DNA of 64,000 nucleotides. Origin: an uncultured Christensenella sp. (lineage in GTDB: Bacteria > Bacillota > Clostridia > Christensenellales > UBA1242). The notes under the pieces are model-generated. The model was not told where the DNA came from and searched no databases. It worked only from the letters and a program-made list of their open reading frames with translations. Below are positions 53,907 to 63,162 of this stretch, in pieces (the first letter of the stretch is position 1; each line of letters starts with the position of its first letter). Location of the stretch: contig CATKZB010000002.1 in assembly GCA_949841595.1 (NCBI GenBank), positions 64,295 through 128,294 of the forward strand, written 5' to 3'. The translations under genes were made by a program, and so were the position numbers.

Positions 53907-55583
53907 ATGAAGGAATACATAAGGATTTTTAAAGACTGGAGAAAGATGGCACGACCAAACAAATGGCTTTGGTTTTTCGCCTTCTTCTTTGTGGCACTTG
54001 CAAGAACTACAGTGTTGATTGCACCTATTTTTGCAGCAAAAGTGACATTAAGCATAACCAATGGTGACTATAAATCGACAATTTTGTTTTTGATTTTGGT
54101 TTTTGGCATTTTGTTTTTAAGAAAGTTGTTATGGCATTTTAACTATTTGGTGTATGCAAAACTTATAAAATCTTCTTACAACAGAATTAACAATGAATTC
54201 GTTGAAAAAAGCTTAAAAGCAAAATCTGCCAATTTCAAATCAGTTTCAAAAGAACAACTTTTAAATATTGTCCATTCTGATGTCTTCACTGTGGCTGATT
54301 TTGCAGACAAACTTGCAACTGCTGGAGCAAGAGGTCTGATGACAATAGTATCTATTATTGTCATATTCACTGTGAATGTCTACGCTGGTGTTATCGTTTT
54401 TGTGGCTGACATTCTAGACTTTTTGCTACTCAACTGGATGAACACAAAACGTCAGAAATATGTAAAGCTTATCAGAGAATCTCATGACAATCAATATGAA
54501 AAGTTTAGTGAAATTATTGATAAAAGAGAAACTATCAAAGACCTTGGTCTTAAAAAGAAAGTTAAAAGAGAATATAATGACATTCTTGACACTTACATAA
54601 AAAGACTACATAAGCGTACAGTTTGGGATTCATGGAAATCAAGTGGATATGAAGTGTTTTTCAGATTTTTAATTCTTATAGCAACAATTATCTGTGTTTT
54701 TCTTGTATCAAGCAACAACTTGACTTTGGAAGTTTATTTCGTAATTATTTCTTATGTAACAGATGGCATCACCGACACTAAAGATCTTTATGGCATCATC
54801 ACAGACTTCAAAAACACAAGTGTTTCCATGGTCCGTGTAAAAACCGTTTTGGATTTCGTTGAAAGAGATGAAGTTGCAATCGGAAAAAACAATTTGAAAG
54901 ATATTTTTGGAAGTATTTGTTTTAATAATGTAAGTTACAAAAAAGACGATGAAGGAAATCCAACTTTGAAAAACTTTGACGTACTTTTCAAAGAAAATGA
55001 AACCTGCTTACTTTTAGGCTCGCGCAGTTGTGGAAAAAGAACAGTTTTCAATTTGCTGAGAAGAGCAATCGTCCCAGAAAAAGGAAAAATCCTTATGGAC
55101 GGCGTTGACTTATATGATTTCAGCAATGAAAGTTATCGCGACAATTTCAGTTATGTTACCACTCACCCAGTTTTCTTTAAAGGAAGTATCATCAAAAACT
55201 TGACTATAAACGAGAAAAACAAAAATGTTGTCTATCAAATTTGCAAAGAACTTGGAATTTATCGCTATATAGTTTCTCTTCCAAAAAAATTCAATTCAGA
55301 CATTTCAAGTTTGCCTTTTGACAAACTTTATATGTTGGGACTTGCCCGTGCAATCCTGACAGGAAGTGAAGTTTTGGTGATTTATGAATTCCCTGAAACG
55401 TTGACAGAAAGTGAAAAAGACAATGTTAAAGCAATTTTAAGAAGAATGCATGGAACAAGAACAATTCTCATATTCTCAGCAAAAGATTATTGTCAAGATG
55501 TTTCCGACAAAATCATTTCAATTGAAAAAGGTGAAATAAAGTCGATAAATTTCAATGAAATACCAAAAGACATCATAATTTGA
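53907..55583 (+). CDS. ABC exporter-like fused TMD-NBD protein with degenerate ATPase motifs
   Basis: Six-TM exporter-type N-terminal half. The NBD-like half has Walker A GSRSCGKRT, no LSGGQ signature, and Walker B VLVIYEF. Confidence 0.75.
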   Translation: MKEYIRIFKDWRKMARPNKWLWFFAFFFVALARTTVLIAPIFAAKVTLSITNGDYKSTILFLILVFGILFLRKLLWHFNYLVYAKLIKSSYNRINNEFVEKSLKAKSANFKSVSKEQLLNIVHSDVFTVADFADKLATAGARGLMTIVSIIVIFTVNVYAGVIVFVADILDFLLLNWMNTKRQKYVKLIRESHDNQYEKFSEIIDKRETIKDLGLKKKVKREYNDILDTYIKRLHKRTVWDSWKSSGYEVFFRFLILIATIICVFLVSSNNLTLEVYFVIISYVTDGITDTKDLYGIITDFKNTSVSMVRVKTVLDFVERDEVAIGKNNLKDIFGSICFNNVSYKKDDEGNPTLKNFDVLFKENETCLLLGSRSCGKRTVFNLLRRAIVPEKGKILMDGVDLYDFSNESYRDNFSYVTTHPVFFKGSIIKNLTINEKNKNVVYQICKELGIYRYIVSLPKKFNSDISSLPFDKLYMLGLARAILTGSEVLVIYEFPETLTESEKDNVKAILRRMHGTRTILIFSAKDYCQDVSDKIISIEKGEIKSINFNEIPKDIII

Positions 55584-55589
55584 TGTCTT

Positions 55590-56387
55590 TTATTTTTGCT
55601 TTAATTTGTTTCTTGCAATTGCACAAACATAAACATTTTTAACTTTCTTTTCAAGAAGTCCAGAACAATAATTTATAGTTGCACAAGTTGTGATGATATC
55701 ATCCACAATCAAAACAGAATGAGCCTTTTTTAATTTTGTAGGTAAAAGTGAATACATTCCCTTCATGTTTTCTTGCCTTTCTTTAAAACTAGATTTTTTC
55801 TGAGCTTTTGAATCTCTTTCTTTTTTAAAAAGACATAAAACAGGCAAATTTAAAATTTTTCCGATTTCAAAAGCCAAAAGTTCTGATTGATCAAAAGTTC
55901 TTTTCTTTTTCTTCTTTTCAGTCAAAGGTACATAAGTGATAACATCTATATTCAATTTTTCCTTTTGAATTTCTTTAGCAATCAGATTTGCAAAAACTTT
56001 TGCTTTATATCTTTGGTTTGAATCTTTATAAGAAAGGATTGCACTCCTGACTTTTCCATCATAGATCAAAGGGCAAACAGCTTTCTTAAAAAATCGTTTA
56101 TTCTTTTGGCAACTATCACATACAACGGCTTCATTTTCAATTGGCTCTGCACATATCAAACACTTGTTCTTGTCATTAAAAACAATCTCTTTTTCACAGA
56201 TTTCACAATAAGGTTTTTCATCAAAATTTGGTATATCATTACCACAAAATATACACTTTATATCTTCTGGAAAAAGTATATCACAACAAAACTTGCTTAA
56301 CTTTTTGATTGTTTTTATGATAAAATTTGGCTTTTTAGACTTATTATCTTCTGTTTTCAAAATAATTCCTTTGTTTAAGATTATCAT
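55590..56387 (-). CDS. comFC: ComF family protein (ComFC-type, zinc finger + PRTase fold)
   Basis: CIFCGN..CEIC and CLIC..CDSC pairs. C-terminal motif VLIVDDIITTCATI. Confidence 0.8.
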   Translation of the reverse strand: MIILNKGIILKTEDNKSKKPNFIIKTIKKLSKFCCDILFPEDIKCIFCGNDIPNFDEKPYCEICEKEIVFNDKNKCLICAEPIENEAVVCDSCQKNKRFFKKAVCPLIYDGKVRSAILSYKDSNQRYKAKVFANLIAKEIQKEKLNIDVITYVPLTEKKKKKRTFDQSELLAFEIGKILNLPVLCLFKKERDSKAQKKSSFKERQENMKGMYSLLPTKLKKAHSVLIVDDIITTCATINYCSGLLEKKVKNVYVCAIARNKLKQK

Positions 56388-56455
56388 TTTGCATTCACAA
56401 AGTCAAATCCAAACTGGCTTTTTTAGATTTTATCAGATAAATTTCAACAAAATGC

Positions 56456-56485
56456 TTGACAACAAACTTTGTTTTATATTATACT
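56456..56485 (+). promoter_or_regulatory. tRNA-Glu promoter
   Basis: TTGACA (56456-56461) - 18 nt - TATACT (56480-56485), ~22 nt upstream of the tRNA 5' end. Confidence 0.45.
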
Positions 56486-56506
56486 TACATAGCATTAAGC
56501 ATTTGT

Positions 56507-56581
56507 GGCCCCGTGGTCAAGTGGTTAAGACACCGCCCTTTCACGGCGGTATCATGGGTTCGAATCCCGTCGGGGTCACCA
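56507..56581 (+). tRNA. tRNA-Glu (anticodon UUC), CCA encoded
   Basis: GGCCCCG acceptor stem pairs with CGGGGTC. The anticodon stem CCGCC/GGCGG encloses loop CTTTCAC. GGTTCGAATCC T-arm. Ends in CCA at 56579-56581. Confidence 0.9.
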
Positions 56582-56613
56582 CATCATTTTAAATGATGAC
56601 CTTACACCCAAAT

Positions 56614-56642
56614 AAAAGACTTTCCAAATCGGAAAGTCTTTT
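56614..56642. terminator. bidirectional terminator (tRNA-Glu and the lipoprotein gene)
   Basis: AAAAGACTTTCC - aaatc - GGAAAGTCTTTT, a 12-bp stem with T/A runs on both sides. Confidence 0.75.
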
Positions 56643-57159
56643 ATTTTTCTATCTTTGTCACACTTCCATCTTTTTGCATAAATTTTGTTCCAGTAACAAG
56701 AACGATTTTATATTCTTGCTTCTTTGCTCCTTCTTCCCAAGTTATGCAAAACTTGATCTCTTCATCTTCTTTTGAAACAAGTGGATAGATGTTGAAGAAT
56801 CTTTGCTTTTGCCCATTTATAATTTCCAAAAAGTCACCCGAAGAATAATTAACTCCATTCATTTCCAAAGTCGCATTAGAGACGTCTAGTTCCACATCTG
56901 GAGCAACAACCTTAAGTCCAATTCTGCACCCTTCACTCAAATTTTTCTCTTCATTAGCACTCGAATATTGAACGACCTCTTCTTCTCCACCAACATAAAT
57001 GGTTTTTAAATTTTTGTCATAAACAAAACTCAAACTTCCACCCGTGCGAGCATCATCTCTTGTTATCTTTGCTGGTGGTAAATCTCTGCCACCACATCCT
57101 GCAGACAAAAAAACTGTAAACAAACAAATAAAAACAACAAATACTTTAAACTTTTTCAT
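56641..57159 (-). CDS. small lipoprotein, hypothetical
   Basis: ATG 57159 gives MKKFKVFVVFICLFTVFLSAGCGG (lipobox LSAGC). Confidence 0.55.
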   Translation of the reverse strand: MKKFKVFVVFICLFTVFLSAGCGGRDLPPAKITRDDARTGGSLSFVYDKNLKTIYVGGEEEVVQYSSANEEKNLSEGCRIGLKVVAPDVELDVSNATLEMNGVNYSSGDFLEIINGQKQRFFNIYPLVSKEDEEIKFCITWEEGAKKQEYKIVLVTGTKFMQKDGSVTKIEK

Positions 57160-57204
57160 AGAAATATTTTGTTTCAATAAATCAAAATTATTCTATATAT
57201 AAGT

Positions 57205-58710
57205 TTAAACTACATTTTGATTGTTTTTATCAACCTTTTGCTCTTTAACATCACTTGCTTGTTCATTTGCTTTGATCTGAACTTTCAACACATCAGAACG
57301 CTTAATGTTGTATTTTGAAAAAATTATAATTGCCAGTGTAAGAGCTATGGCACTGCCAAAAAACACTATTTTACCAAGCCCACTTTGCACAGAAAGTGCT
57401 TGCACTGGTTGTGAAGAGTCAAACTTAACCAAATCTAAAAGCACTCCTATAAAAAGCAATGCTATTGAATTTGAAAAGTTGTAAGTAAAGGTGTAATATC
57501 CCGTATATCTTCCTGCATTATTGACTCCAGTTTTATATTGTTCCATAGTCACCACATCTGCATACATGGAGTGTGGCAAAGAATATAGTGCCCCAGAACC
57601 AATGCCACATATAAACAGACATGGCATAACAAACCAGAAGATATAGTCGCTTGTGCAGTACAACCTAAACAAAAAAGTTATGCTTGTAAGAGCAATGCCA
57701 AACAAAATGACTGACAGTGCAAAGATCAGAGTTTGCTTTTTGTCGTACTTTTTGACTATGTTGACCCACAAGAGTTGCGAAACAATTGCACCTCCAAACA
57801 AACAAATCATCAAAACTGAAATTTGCGTGCTGGAAAAATGGTAACAGAATGTGAACAGATGCATGCCCACAGATGTGATGAACACTGTTGCTATCAAAGA
57901 AACAGAATAACCCAACATCACAATTCTGAAATCGCTTTTTTTGAAAGTTTCAATATAACCTGCCATAATCTTAGACAAACTGTGATTTTTTTGATGTTTT
58001 TCATCTTTATTTTCATTTTTGTCCGATTTATCCGATGGTTCTTCCAACTTTTCATGATAATTTGGCATGGATCTTACACGTTTTATTGTTCCTATAATAG
58101 TTATAAGCCCACAAACAAGAGCAAGGGCAGAATTGACTGCAGCAATGCTTATATAACCTTGTTTGTTAAACTGCCCTTGCGTTGCACCAGAAGGCATAAA
58201 GATATACATCAAAATGCTTGGCAAAATCAAACCTAAAATATAAAACACAGTCTTAAAACCTTGCATTTTTGTTTGGTCGTTATAATCTGGAGCAATGTCA
58301 ATGCAAAGCGCAGAATATGGAGTTGCAAAAAAAGTGTTGAAGGTTTCTTGTAAGATGAGAAAAATAAACAACCAAGCAATCATTCCTACGTTACTTACTG
58401 TGCCTGGACAACACCACAAAATTATGTTGTTTATGGCAAGTGCAAAACTTGCAAACAGCATATGACCAAGTCGTCTGCCAAAAAACTTGTTTTTTGTTCT
58501 ATCTGATAAATAACCAATCATAGGATCTGAAAGCCCATCCCATAATGAGGTTATGGCAATGGTTATTCCCATAACAATCCCCGGAAGTCCCAACACGCTT
58601 GTCCCAAAAAACATAATAAAGCTTGAGACAGTTTGTCCCATAGATCCATATCCCAAATTTCCAATTCCATAACAAAGTTTGGTTTTAAAATCTAATTTGT
58701 TTTTCTTCAC
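57205..58710 (-). CDS. MFS transporter of the glycoside-pentoside-hexuronide (MFS_2) type
   Basis: 12 TMs, N-terminal KLCYGIGNLGYG..., and a charged central loop. Confidence 0.8.
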   Translation of the reverse strand: MKKNKLDFKTKLCYGIGNLGYGSMGQTVSSFIMFFGTSVLGLPGIVMGITIAITSLWDGLSDPMIGYLSDRTKNKFFGRRLGHMLFASFALAINNIILWCCPGTVSNVGMIAWLFIFLILQETFNTFFATPYSALCIDIAPDYNDQTKMQGFKTVFYILGLILPSILMYIFMPSGATQGQFNKQGYISIAAVNSALALVCGLITIIGTIKRVRSMPNYHEKLEEPSDKSDKNENKDEKHQKNHSLSKIMAGYIETFKKSDFRIVMLGYSVSLIATVFITSVGMHLFTFCYHFSSTQISVLMICLFGGAIVSQLLWVNIVKKYDKKQTLIFALSVILFGIALTSITFLFRLYCTSDYIFWFVMPCLFICGIGSGALYSLPHSMYADVVTMEQYKTGVNNAGRYTGYYTFTYNFSNSIALLFIGVLLDLVKFDSSQPVQALSVQSGLGKIVFFGSAIALTLAIIIFSKYNIKRSDVLKVQIKANEQASDVKEQKVDKNNQNVV

Positions 58711-58763
58711 CTAATATTTATATGAGTGCAAGTCCAATAACAAAACCAAAAATTACAAAAAAA

Positions 58764-58783
58764 GAAGAAGCTTAAACTTCTTC
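58764..58783 (-). terminator. terminator overlapping the end of the CYTH-like gene
   Basis: GAAGAAG - 6 nt - CTTCTTC. The loop contains the stop codon, and T7 follows on the minus strand. Confidence 0.6.
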
Positions 58784-59560
58784 TTGATTTGTTTTTTTCT
58801 TTTTATCTTTCTTATTTTTCTTTTTGTCAAATTCCTCTTTTGTTTCTTCATTCGACTTTGTTGGAACACGAGGTTTAACAGCAACTTGAGAAATTTCAAA
58901 TCGGTTTCGATCAAGTGGAATAAGTTCTTTGCAATATCTATCTACAACTTCCAAAATATGCTTTCTTTCTTTTTCATAATTAGGGTCAAGTTCAAAATAA
59001 AGAGAAAAATTTCTTACCTTAGCTTTTTTTCCAGAACGTGCATCTTTGACATTTATCGTTTCAAAAGACATTTCCACTTCATAGCCTGTTCCACTGACAA
59101 TTTTGTATCTATTTCCAGAAATTTGCATTCTGATATAAGGTGTGCAATGTTTAACCACATCCACCAAGTTGATTGTGAACAAATTGTTGAAAATCTTGTT
59201 TATTGCATCTGCAATTTGTTCAGGAAAGTCCGTTGGAAGATCTTTAGGTTCACATTCTCCCAAAAAAGATTTTTTTTCACGATTTTCAGCATTGCTGATA
59301 TCGCTTATTCTGACAAGAGAATAGTAAGTTCTTTTAGGATTATTCATCTTTCTCAAAATAAGTCCAGAACCTGTGAAAAGAAATCTGTCCGTGTCAAAAA
59401 CAGTTTCAACTTCTTTGATTTTTTCTTCAAACAAAATAGTGAAAAAACCAAGATTTCTTGACAATTTCTGCAAAATAAATCTTTCGTTGTCAATAAGAAT
59501 GTCATAATTCAATCTTAAAGAACCATACTTTCTGGGTTTACCTTTGTCTCCAAGAAACAT
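58772..59560 (-). CDS. possible CYTH-like (triphosphate tunnel) domain protein with poly-Lys tail
   Basis: AAGGAG - 5 nt - ATG 59560. ETVFDTDRFLFTGSGLILRK and EVEMSFETINV...FSLYFEL resemble CYTH strands, but the N-terminal ExExK motif is not evident. Confidence 0.4.
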   Translation of the reverse strand: MFLGDKGKPRKYGSLRLNYDILIDNERFILQKLSRNLGFFTILFEEKIKEVETVFDTDRFLFTGSGLILRKMNNPKRTYYSLVRISDISNAENREKKSFLGECEPKDLPTDFPEQIADAINKIFNNLFTINLVDVVKHCTPYIRMQISGNRYKIVSGTGYEVEMSFETINVKDARSGKKAKVRNFSLYFELDPNYEKERKHILEVVDRYCKELIPLDRNRFEISQVAVKPRVPTKSNEETKEEFDKKKNKKDKKKKTNQEEV

Positions 59561-59663
59561 AACCACTCCTTTTATAGATATATTCTAAACAAAAAACAAA
59601 AAAAATGCAAATGTTTAAAGAGATTAATATTGGGAATATTCTTCTTTAGATAAGGAGATAAAA

Positions 59664-60260
59664 ATGAATTTTAATGAAAGTGTAACAAAAACAAACCTTG
59701 CTCGATCTTTTGCAGCTGAATGTCAAGCAGGAGCAAGATATCAATTTATGTCAAAAATGGCATTGCAAAATCAAATGCAGTTTCTTTCCGACACCATGAA
59801 AACTTTGGCTAAAAATGAAATGGCTCATGCAAAAGTTTTTTATGACTATATCTTAGAAAAAAGCGATGGAAGTGTAAGAAACATACCAATTGAAGCAGGT
59901 TTCCCATTTGAAGAACCTGACCTTAAAAGCAGTTTGTTGGAAGAAAGCCGAACTGAACTTTCAGAAGCCAACAACATCTATCCAAGTTTTGCACGAATCG
60001 CAAGAGACGAAGGCTTTTTAGACATTGCAAAATCTTTTGAAATGATTGCAAAGGTGGAAGAAACCCATGCAAACATTTTGAAATATCTTGGAAATCTCTA
60101 TAAATCAAACAAATTGTATAGAAGAGAAAATCCAACAGAATGGAAATGCTCATCATGTGGACATGTTGACATAGCAAAGGAAGGCTTCAAAACTTGTCCA
60201 CTTTGTCACCTGCCACAAGGATATATCATAATAGATTTAGAAAAAGAACTTCACGAATAA
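59664..60260 (+). CDS. rbr: rubrerythrin
   Basis: Ferritin-like diiron half (ECQAGARY, NEMAHAKVF, EETHANIL) plus C-terminal rubredoxin CSSCG...CPLC. Confidence 0.9.
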   Translation: MNFNESVTKTNLARSFAAECQAGARYQFMSKMALQNQMQFLSDTMKTLAKNEMAHAKVFYDYILEKSDGSVRNIPIEAGFPFEEPDLKSSLLEESRTELSEANNIYPSFARIARDEGFLDIAKSFEMIAKVEETHANILKYLGNLYKSNKLYRRENPTEWKCSSCGHVDIAKEGFKTCPLCHLPQGYIIIDLEKELHE

Positions 60261-60268
60261 TGAAGTTC
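60246..60268 (+). terminator. rbr terminator
   Basis: GAACTTCA - 7 nt - TGAAGTTC followed by T7. It overlaps the stop codon. Confidence 0.65.
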
Positions 60269-60281
60269 TTTTTTTCAAAGA

Positions 60282-60309
60282 AAAATCCAGTAAGTTTTTA
60301 CTGGATTTT
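60282..60309 (-). terminator. HU gene terminator
   Basis: AAAATCCAGTA - 6 nt - TACTGGATTTT. Confidence 0.6.
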
Positions 60310-60324
60310 TAATAAAGATAGCTA

Positions 60325-60600
60325 TTAAGCATTGAAAACAGCTTTAAAGCTTTTGCCAAACTTAAATTTAGGCACTTTGCAAGCAGCAACTTTAACAGGT
60401 TTCTTTGTCAAAGGGTTGATTTTTGTTGTAGCTGCTTTTGAAGCAAGTTCAAAAGAACCAAAACCTGGTATTTGAATTTTTTCTCCGTTTTTAAGAACGC
60501 TTACGATTGTGTCAACAACTGCGTCAAAAACAATTCCAGCATCCTTTTGTGTACAATTTGCCTTTTCAGCAACTGCTTTAATGAATTCACCTTTATTCAT
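60325..60600 (-). CDS. hup: HU family DNA-binding protein
   Basis: 91 aa, MNKGEFIKAVAEK...IQIPGFGSFE...P.TKKPVKV...KFK.GK. Confidence 0.9.
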   Translation of the reverse strand: MNKGEFIKAVAEKANCTQKDAGIVFDAVVDTIVSVLKNGEKIQIPGFGSFELASKAATTKINPLTKKPVKVAACKVPKFKFGKSFKAVFNA

Positions 60601-60689
60601 AAAACTATCTCCTTTAGATATAAATATTTTGCAAATTATTTGCTGTTATTATATTACCATAAATTTGAATTTTTACCAAACAAAATCGA

Positions 60690-61577
60690 CTATCTGGCGA
60701 AAAATTTTTCAACTTCACTGAAGTAAAATTTAATAACTTCCCATATTCTGTTGACAAAATTGTGGTTATAGATTATAAACTCAGCCCTTCCAACCACAAA
60801 GTTTTTGTCAAAGAATCCATTTTCTCTGCTGTCCGTGCTATGTCCACGGTTGTCGCCCATGCAAAACACCTTGCCTTCAGGCACTTTCACATAAATAAGA
60901 CCCGAGTTTGACACAAAATAATCTAATTCAACATCTGTTTTTCCATAACCATCTAAAAAAGTCAAATAAAAATTCTCTTCGTAATTATTTGTGAAGACCT
61001 GCCCTTCAACTTCAACTGAAATATCAACCGAAACCTCTCTATTATCAAACCAATCTTGATAACTATAAATATTATAGCCGTTTTCACCTCTATTTTCAAC
61101 AAGTTTCGCATCGTCATCCAAGAATTCTTCGATATTTTCTCCATTTGCAATTCGATAGAAATAAAAGCATTCCTCGCCACTTTCAGTTTTGCCTTTTGCG
61201 ATAGTGATGTAATCTCCTTCAACTGCCATAAGTCTTTTTATCACACTATCTGAATTTGGTCTTTCCACCACAACAATATCAAAAGCTTTAGGTTTAGTGA
61301 GAGTGTCAACATAAACAGCGTCATATGACGTTTTTCTTGAAACTGCAATTTCATTCGGTTTGATTTGGCTGTTTAAAGTTGACATCATTGAAGGTCCATA
61401 AACGGCATAAAATTTGTGTGTTGTGACAAACACAGTATACCAAGCAAAAAAGATAACAAAAAACAATAGCACAATATACAATGTTATGTGCGTGATGAAA
61501 TAAAGTGTAAGATTTTTTGTTTCATCTTTCACTTTTTTGTTGCTATATTGAATGAAATCGTCACTAAATTTACCCAA
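60690..61577 (-). CDS. lepB: signal peptidase I
   Basis: N-terminal TM, GPSMMSTL Ser box, KRLMAVEGD, GDNRGHSTDSR. Confidence 0.85.
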   Translation of the reverse strand: MGKFSDDFIQYSNKKVKDETKNLTLYFITHITLYIVLLFFVIFFAWYTVFVTTHKFYAVYGPSMMSTLNSQIKPNEIAVSRKTSYDAVYVDTLTKPKAFDIVVVERPNSDSVIKRLMAVEGDYITIAKGKTESGEECFYFYRIANGENIEEFLDDDAKLVENRGENGYNIYSYQDWFDNREVSVDISVEVEGQVFTNNYEENFYLTFLDGYGKTDVELDYFVSNSGLIYVKVPEGKVFCMGDNRGHSTDSRENGFFDKNFVVGRAEFIIYNHNFVNRIWEVIKFYFSEVEKFFAR

Positions 61578-61589
61578 AAGTTACCTCTT

Positions 61590-62168
61590 TTAATCATCTT
61601 TTCTCATTGAAAAGTGGCAGCCACAATAGTTTTGCCTGTAAAGTCCAAATTCTTTAGATAAGCTTATGCTTCTTAAGTATCCGTCTTTTTTCTTAAAACT
61701 TTCTGGCAAAAACTCAATTTGATATTTTAAAGAAATCTCTTCTCCAACTTTGTTGATTATGTTGGTGTTTTTGTGAGGGCTCACAGAAAGCGTGGTTGCA
61801 AAAATTTCAAAGCCATTATCTTTTGCATATTTTGCAGTGCAGTCAAGTCGAAAACAAAAACATTTTTCACATCTTGCTCCACCTTCACGCTCATTTTCAA
61901 GCCCTTCCACATATTTCAACCAACCTTCATTGTCATAATCAAAATCTACAAACGGAACTTCAAAATTTTGGCAAACTTTTTGTTGCTCGGTTTTTCTTTT
62001 TTCATATTCTTCTTTTGGCTCGATGTTTGGATTGAAATAAAAAACTGTCAAATCAAAATTCTCTTTCAATCTTTCAATAACAACCGTCGAACATGGTCCA
62101 CAACACGAATGCAACAACATTTTCTTTTTCATAAGTTTTATTTTACTTACTTTCTCATTTTTTGTCAA
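61590..62168 (-). CDS. queH: epoxyqueuosine reductase QueH (DUF208)
   Basis: LLHSCCGPCS, CEKCFCFRL and NYCGC cysteine motifs. Confidence 0.8.
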   Translation of the reverse strand: MTKNEKVSKIKLMKKKMLLHSCCGPCSTVVIERLKENFDLTVFYFNPNIEPKEEYEKRKTEQQKVCQNFEVPFVDFDYDNEGWLKYVEGLENEREGGARCEKCFCFRLDCTAKYAKDNGFEIFATTLSVSPHKNTNIINKVGEEISLKYQIEFLPESFKKKDGYLRSISLSKEFGLYRQNYCGCHFSMRKDD

Positions 62169-62179
62169 GTGTTGAAAGC

Positions 62180-62524
62180 CTATAGTGCATTGGCAAAACT
62201 TTTAACGGCATACATCATCATTTCATTTATGATTTGAGACTTTATCCTATATATCAAAATTTTTCCTTCTCTTCGATATTCCACCATATCTTGATCTTTA
62301 AGAGTTTTAAGTTGATGTGAGATTGTCGTCTGATTGATGTTCAAAATTTTTGACAAATCATTCACACACAAATCTTTGATTGAAAGAGCCGACAAAATCT
62401 TTATTCTGGTTTGATCAGAAAAGTTTTGAAAATAGTTTGCCAATTTGTTTGTGCAATCTTCATCTGGAAGAAGCTCCATCATTTCATATTTATTTCTTTC
62501 AGAAATCAACAACAATTTGTTCAT
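62180..62524 (-). CDS. ArsR/SmtB family regulator
   Basis: FSDQTRIKILSAL...DLCVNDLSKILNINQTTISHQLKTLK. Only one Cys sits in the usual CVC position. Confidence 0.8.
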   Translation of the reverse strand: MNKLLLISERNKYEMMELLPDEDCTNKLANYFQNFSDQTRIKILSALSIKDLCVNDLSKILNINQTTISHQLKTLKDQDMVEYRREGKILIYRIKSQIINEMMMYAVKSFANAL

Positions 62525-62717
62525 TATTCACCCCTTATATGTAACACATTAATTTTTTTTGTCATACAAATTATTAGCAAGAAATCTCTTCAAATCAATG
62601 CTTTTAACAAGCTTTCAAGAGACATTTTCATTTTGCCAAACCAAAGAAAAAAAGTCAAAAGGATATATGCTTCCTTTTGCACTTATTTTAAAATATTTTG
62701 TTGAAAAGGAGGGAATT

Positions 62718-62894
62718 ATGTCACAAGATATTTTATGGGTGTTTTTGCTTTCAGTCTTAAGTTCGGCAAACGATACAAACCTTGCAACAAACACAAACAT
62801 TTTGCTGTTGCTTTTGCTTGGGCTTTCAAATGACAACAATAATAACAACATAAACACCTGCCAATGTCGTAGATGTTTGGGGAATTTATTTTAA
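62718..62894 (+). CDS. 58-aa hydrophobic/Asn-rich peptide with C-terminal CQCRRC
   Basis: AAGGAGGG - 5 nt - ATG 62718. MSQDILWVFLLSVLSSANDTNLATNTNILLLLLLGLSNDNNNNNINTCQCRRCLGNLF. Confidence 0.4.
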   Translation: MSQDILWVFLLSVLSSANDTNLATNTNILLLLLLGLSNDNNNNNINTCQCRRCLGNLF

Positions 62895-63079
62895 TAATAA
62901 TTAATTTAAAATAAAAATCACAAACATTTTATCAATCGTAATTTACTGACAGAAAAACATTTTCAAGTATTTTTATAAAAATATTTAATAAAACAAAATT
63001 CCAAATAAAATAAAAAAATATTAATTAAAAAATTTTATATTTTTTTGTCAAATCGTTTGGAATTTTTTTTTATATATGA

Positions 63080-63122
63080 TATTATTTTTTTGTAAACGAA
63101 AAAAGACAAGAATAATATTCTT
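63080..63122 (+). promoter_or_regulatory. extended -10 element plus 15-bp perfect palindrome in the leader of the 2-TM gene
   Basis: TGaTATTAT (63077-63085), then AAGAATA-A-TATTCTT (63108-63122), extendable to AAGA..TCTT (63103-63127). Confidence 0.35.
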
Positions 63123-63162
63123 ATCTTTTGAGAAACTAAATTTAAAAATGGAGGAAAAACAA

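Noticed and set aside
56507-58710. Checked the region downstream of tRNA-Glu for an integrated element (integrase, duplicated tRNA 3' end)
   Set aside because: Only a lipoprotein gene and an MFS transporter follow. I saw no integrase or recombinase and no second copy of the tRNA 3' end by eye. A computational repeat search would be needed to be certain.
58784-59461. 225-aa plus-strand ORF overlapping the CYTH-like gene
   Set aside because: The product is Phe/Ile/Cys-rich mirror-image sequence. The minus-strand frame has an AAGGAG SD, a terminator and a plausible fold pattern.
60690-61577. Signal peptidase I is long (295 aa), with ~120 aa between the KRLMAVEGD and GDNRGHSTDSR boxes
   Set aside because: The size of this inter-box domain varies widely among SPase I enzymes. 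All catalytic boxes are intact. I do not consider it unusual enough to report.
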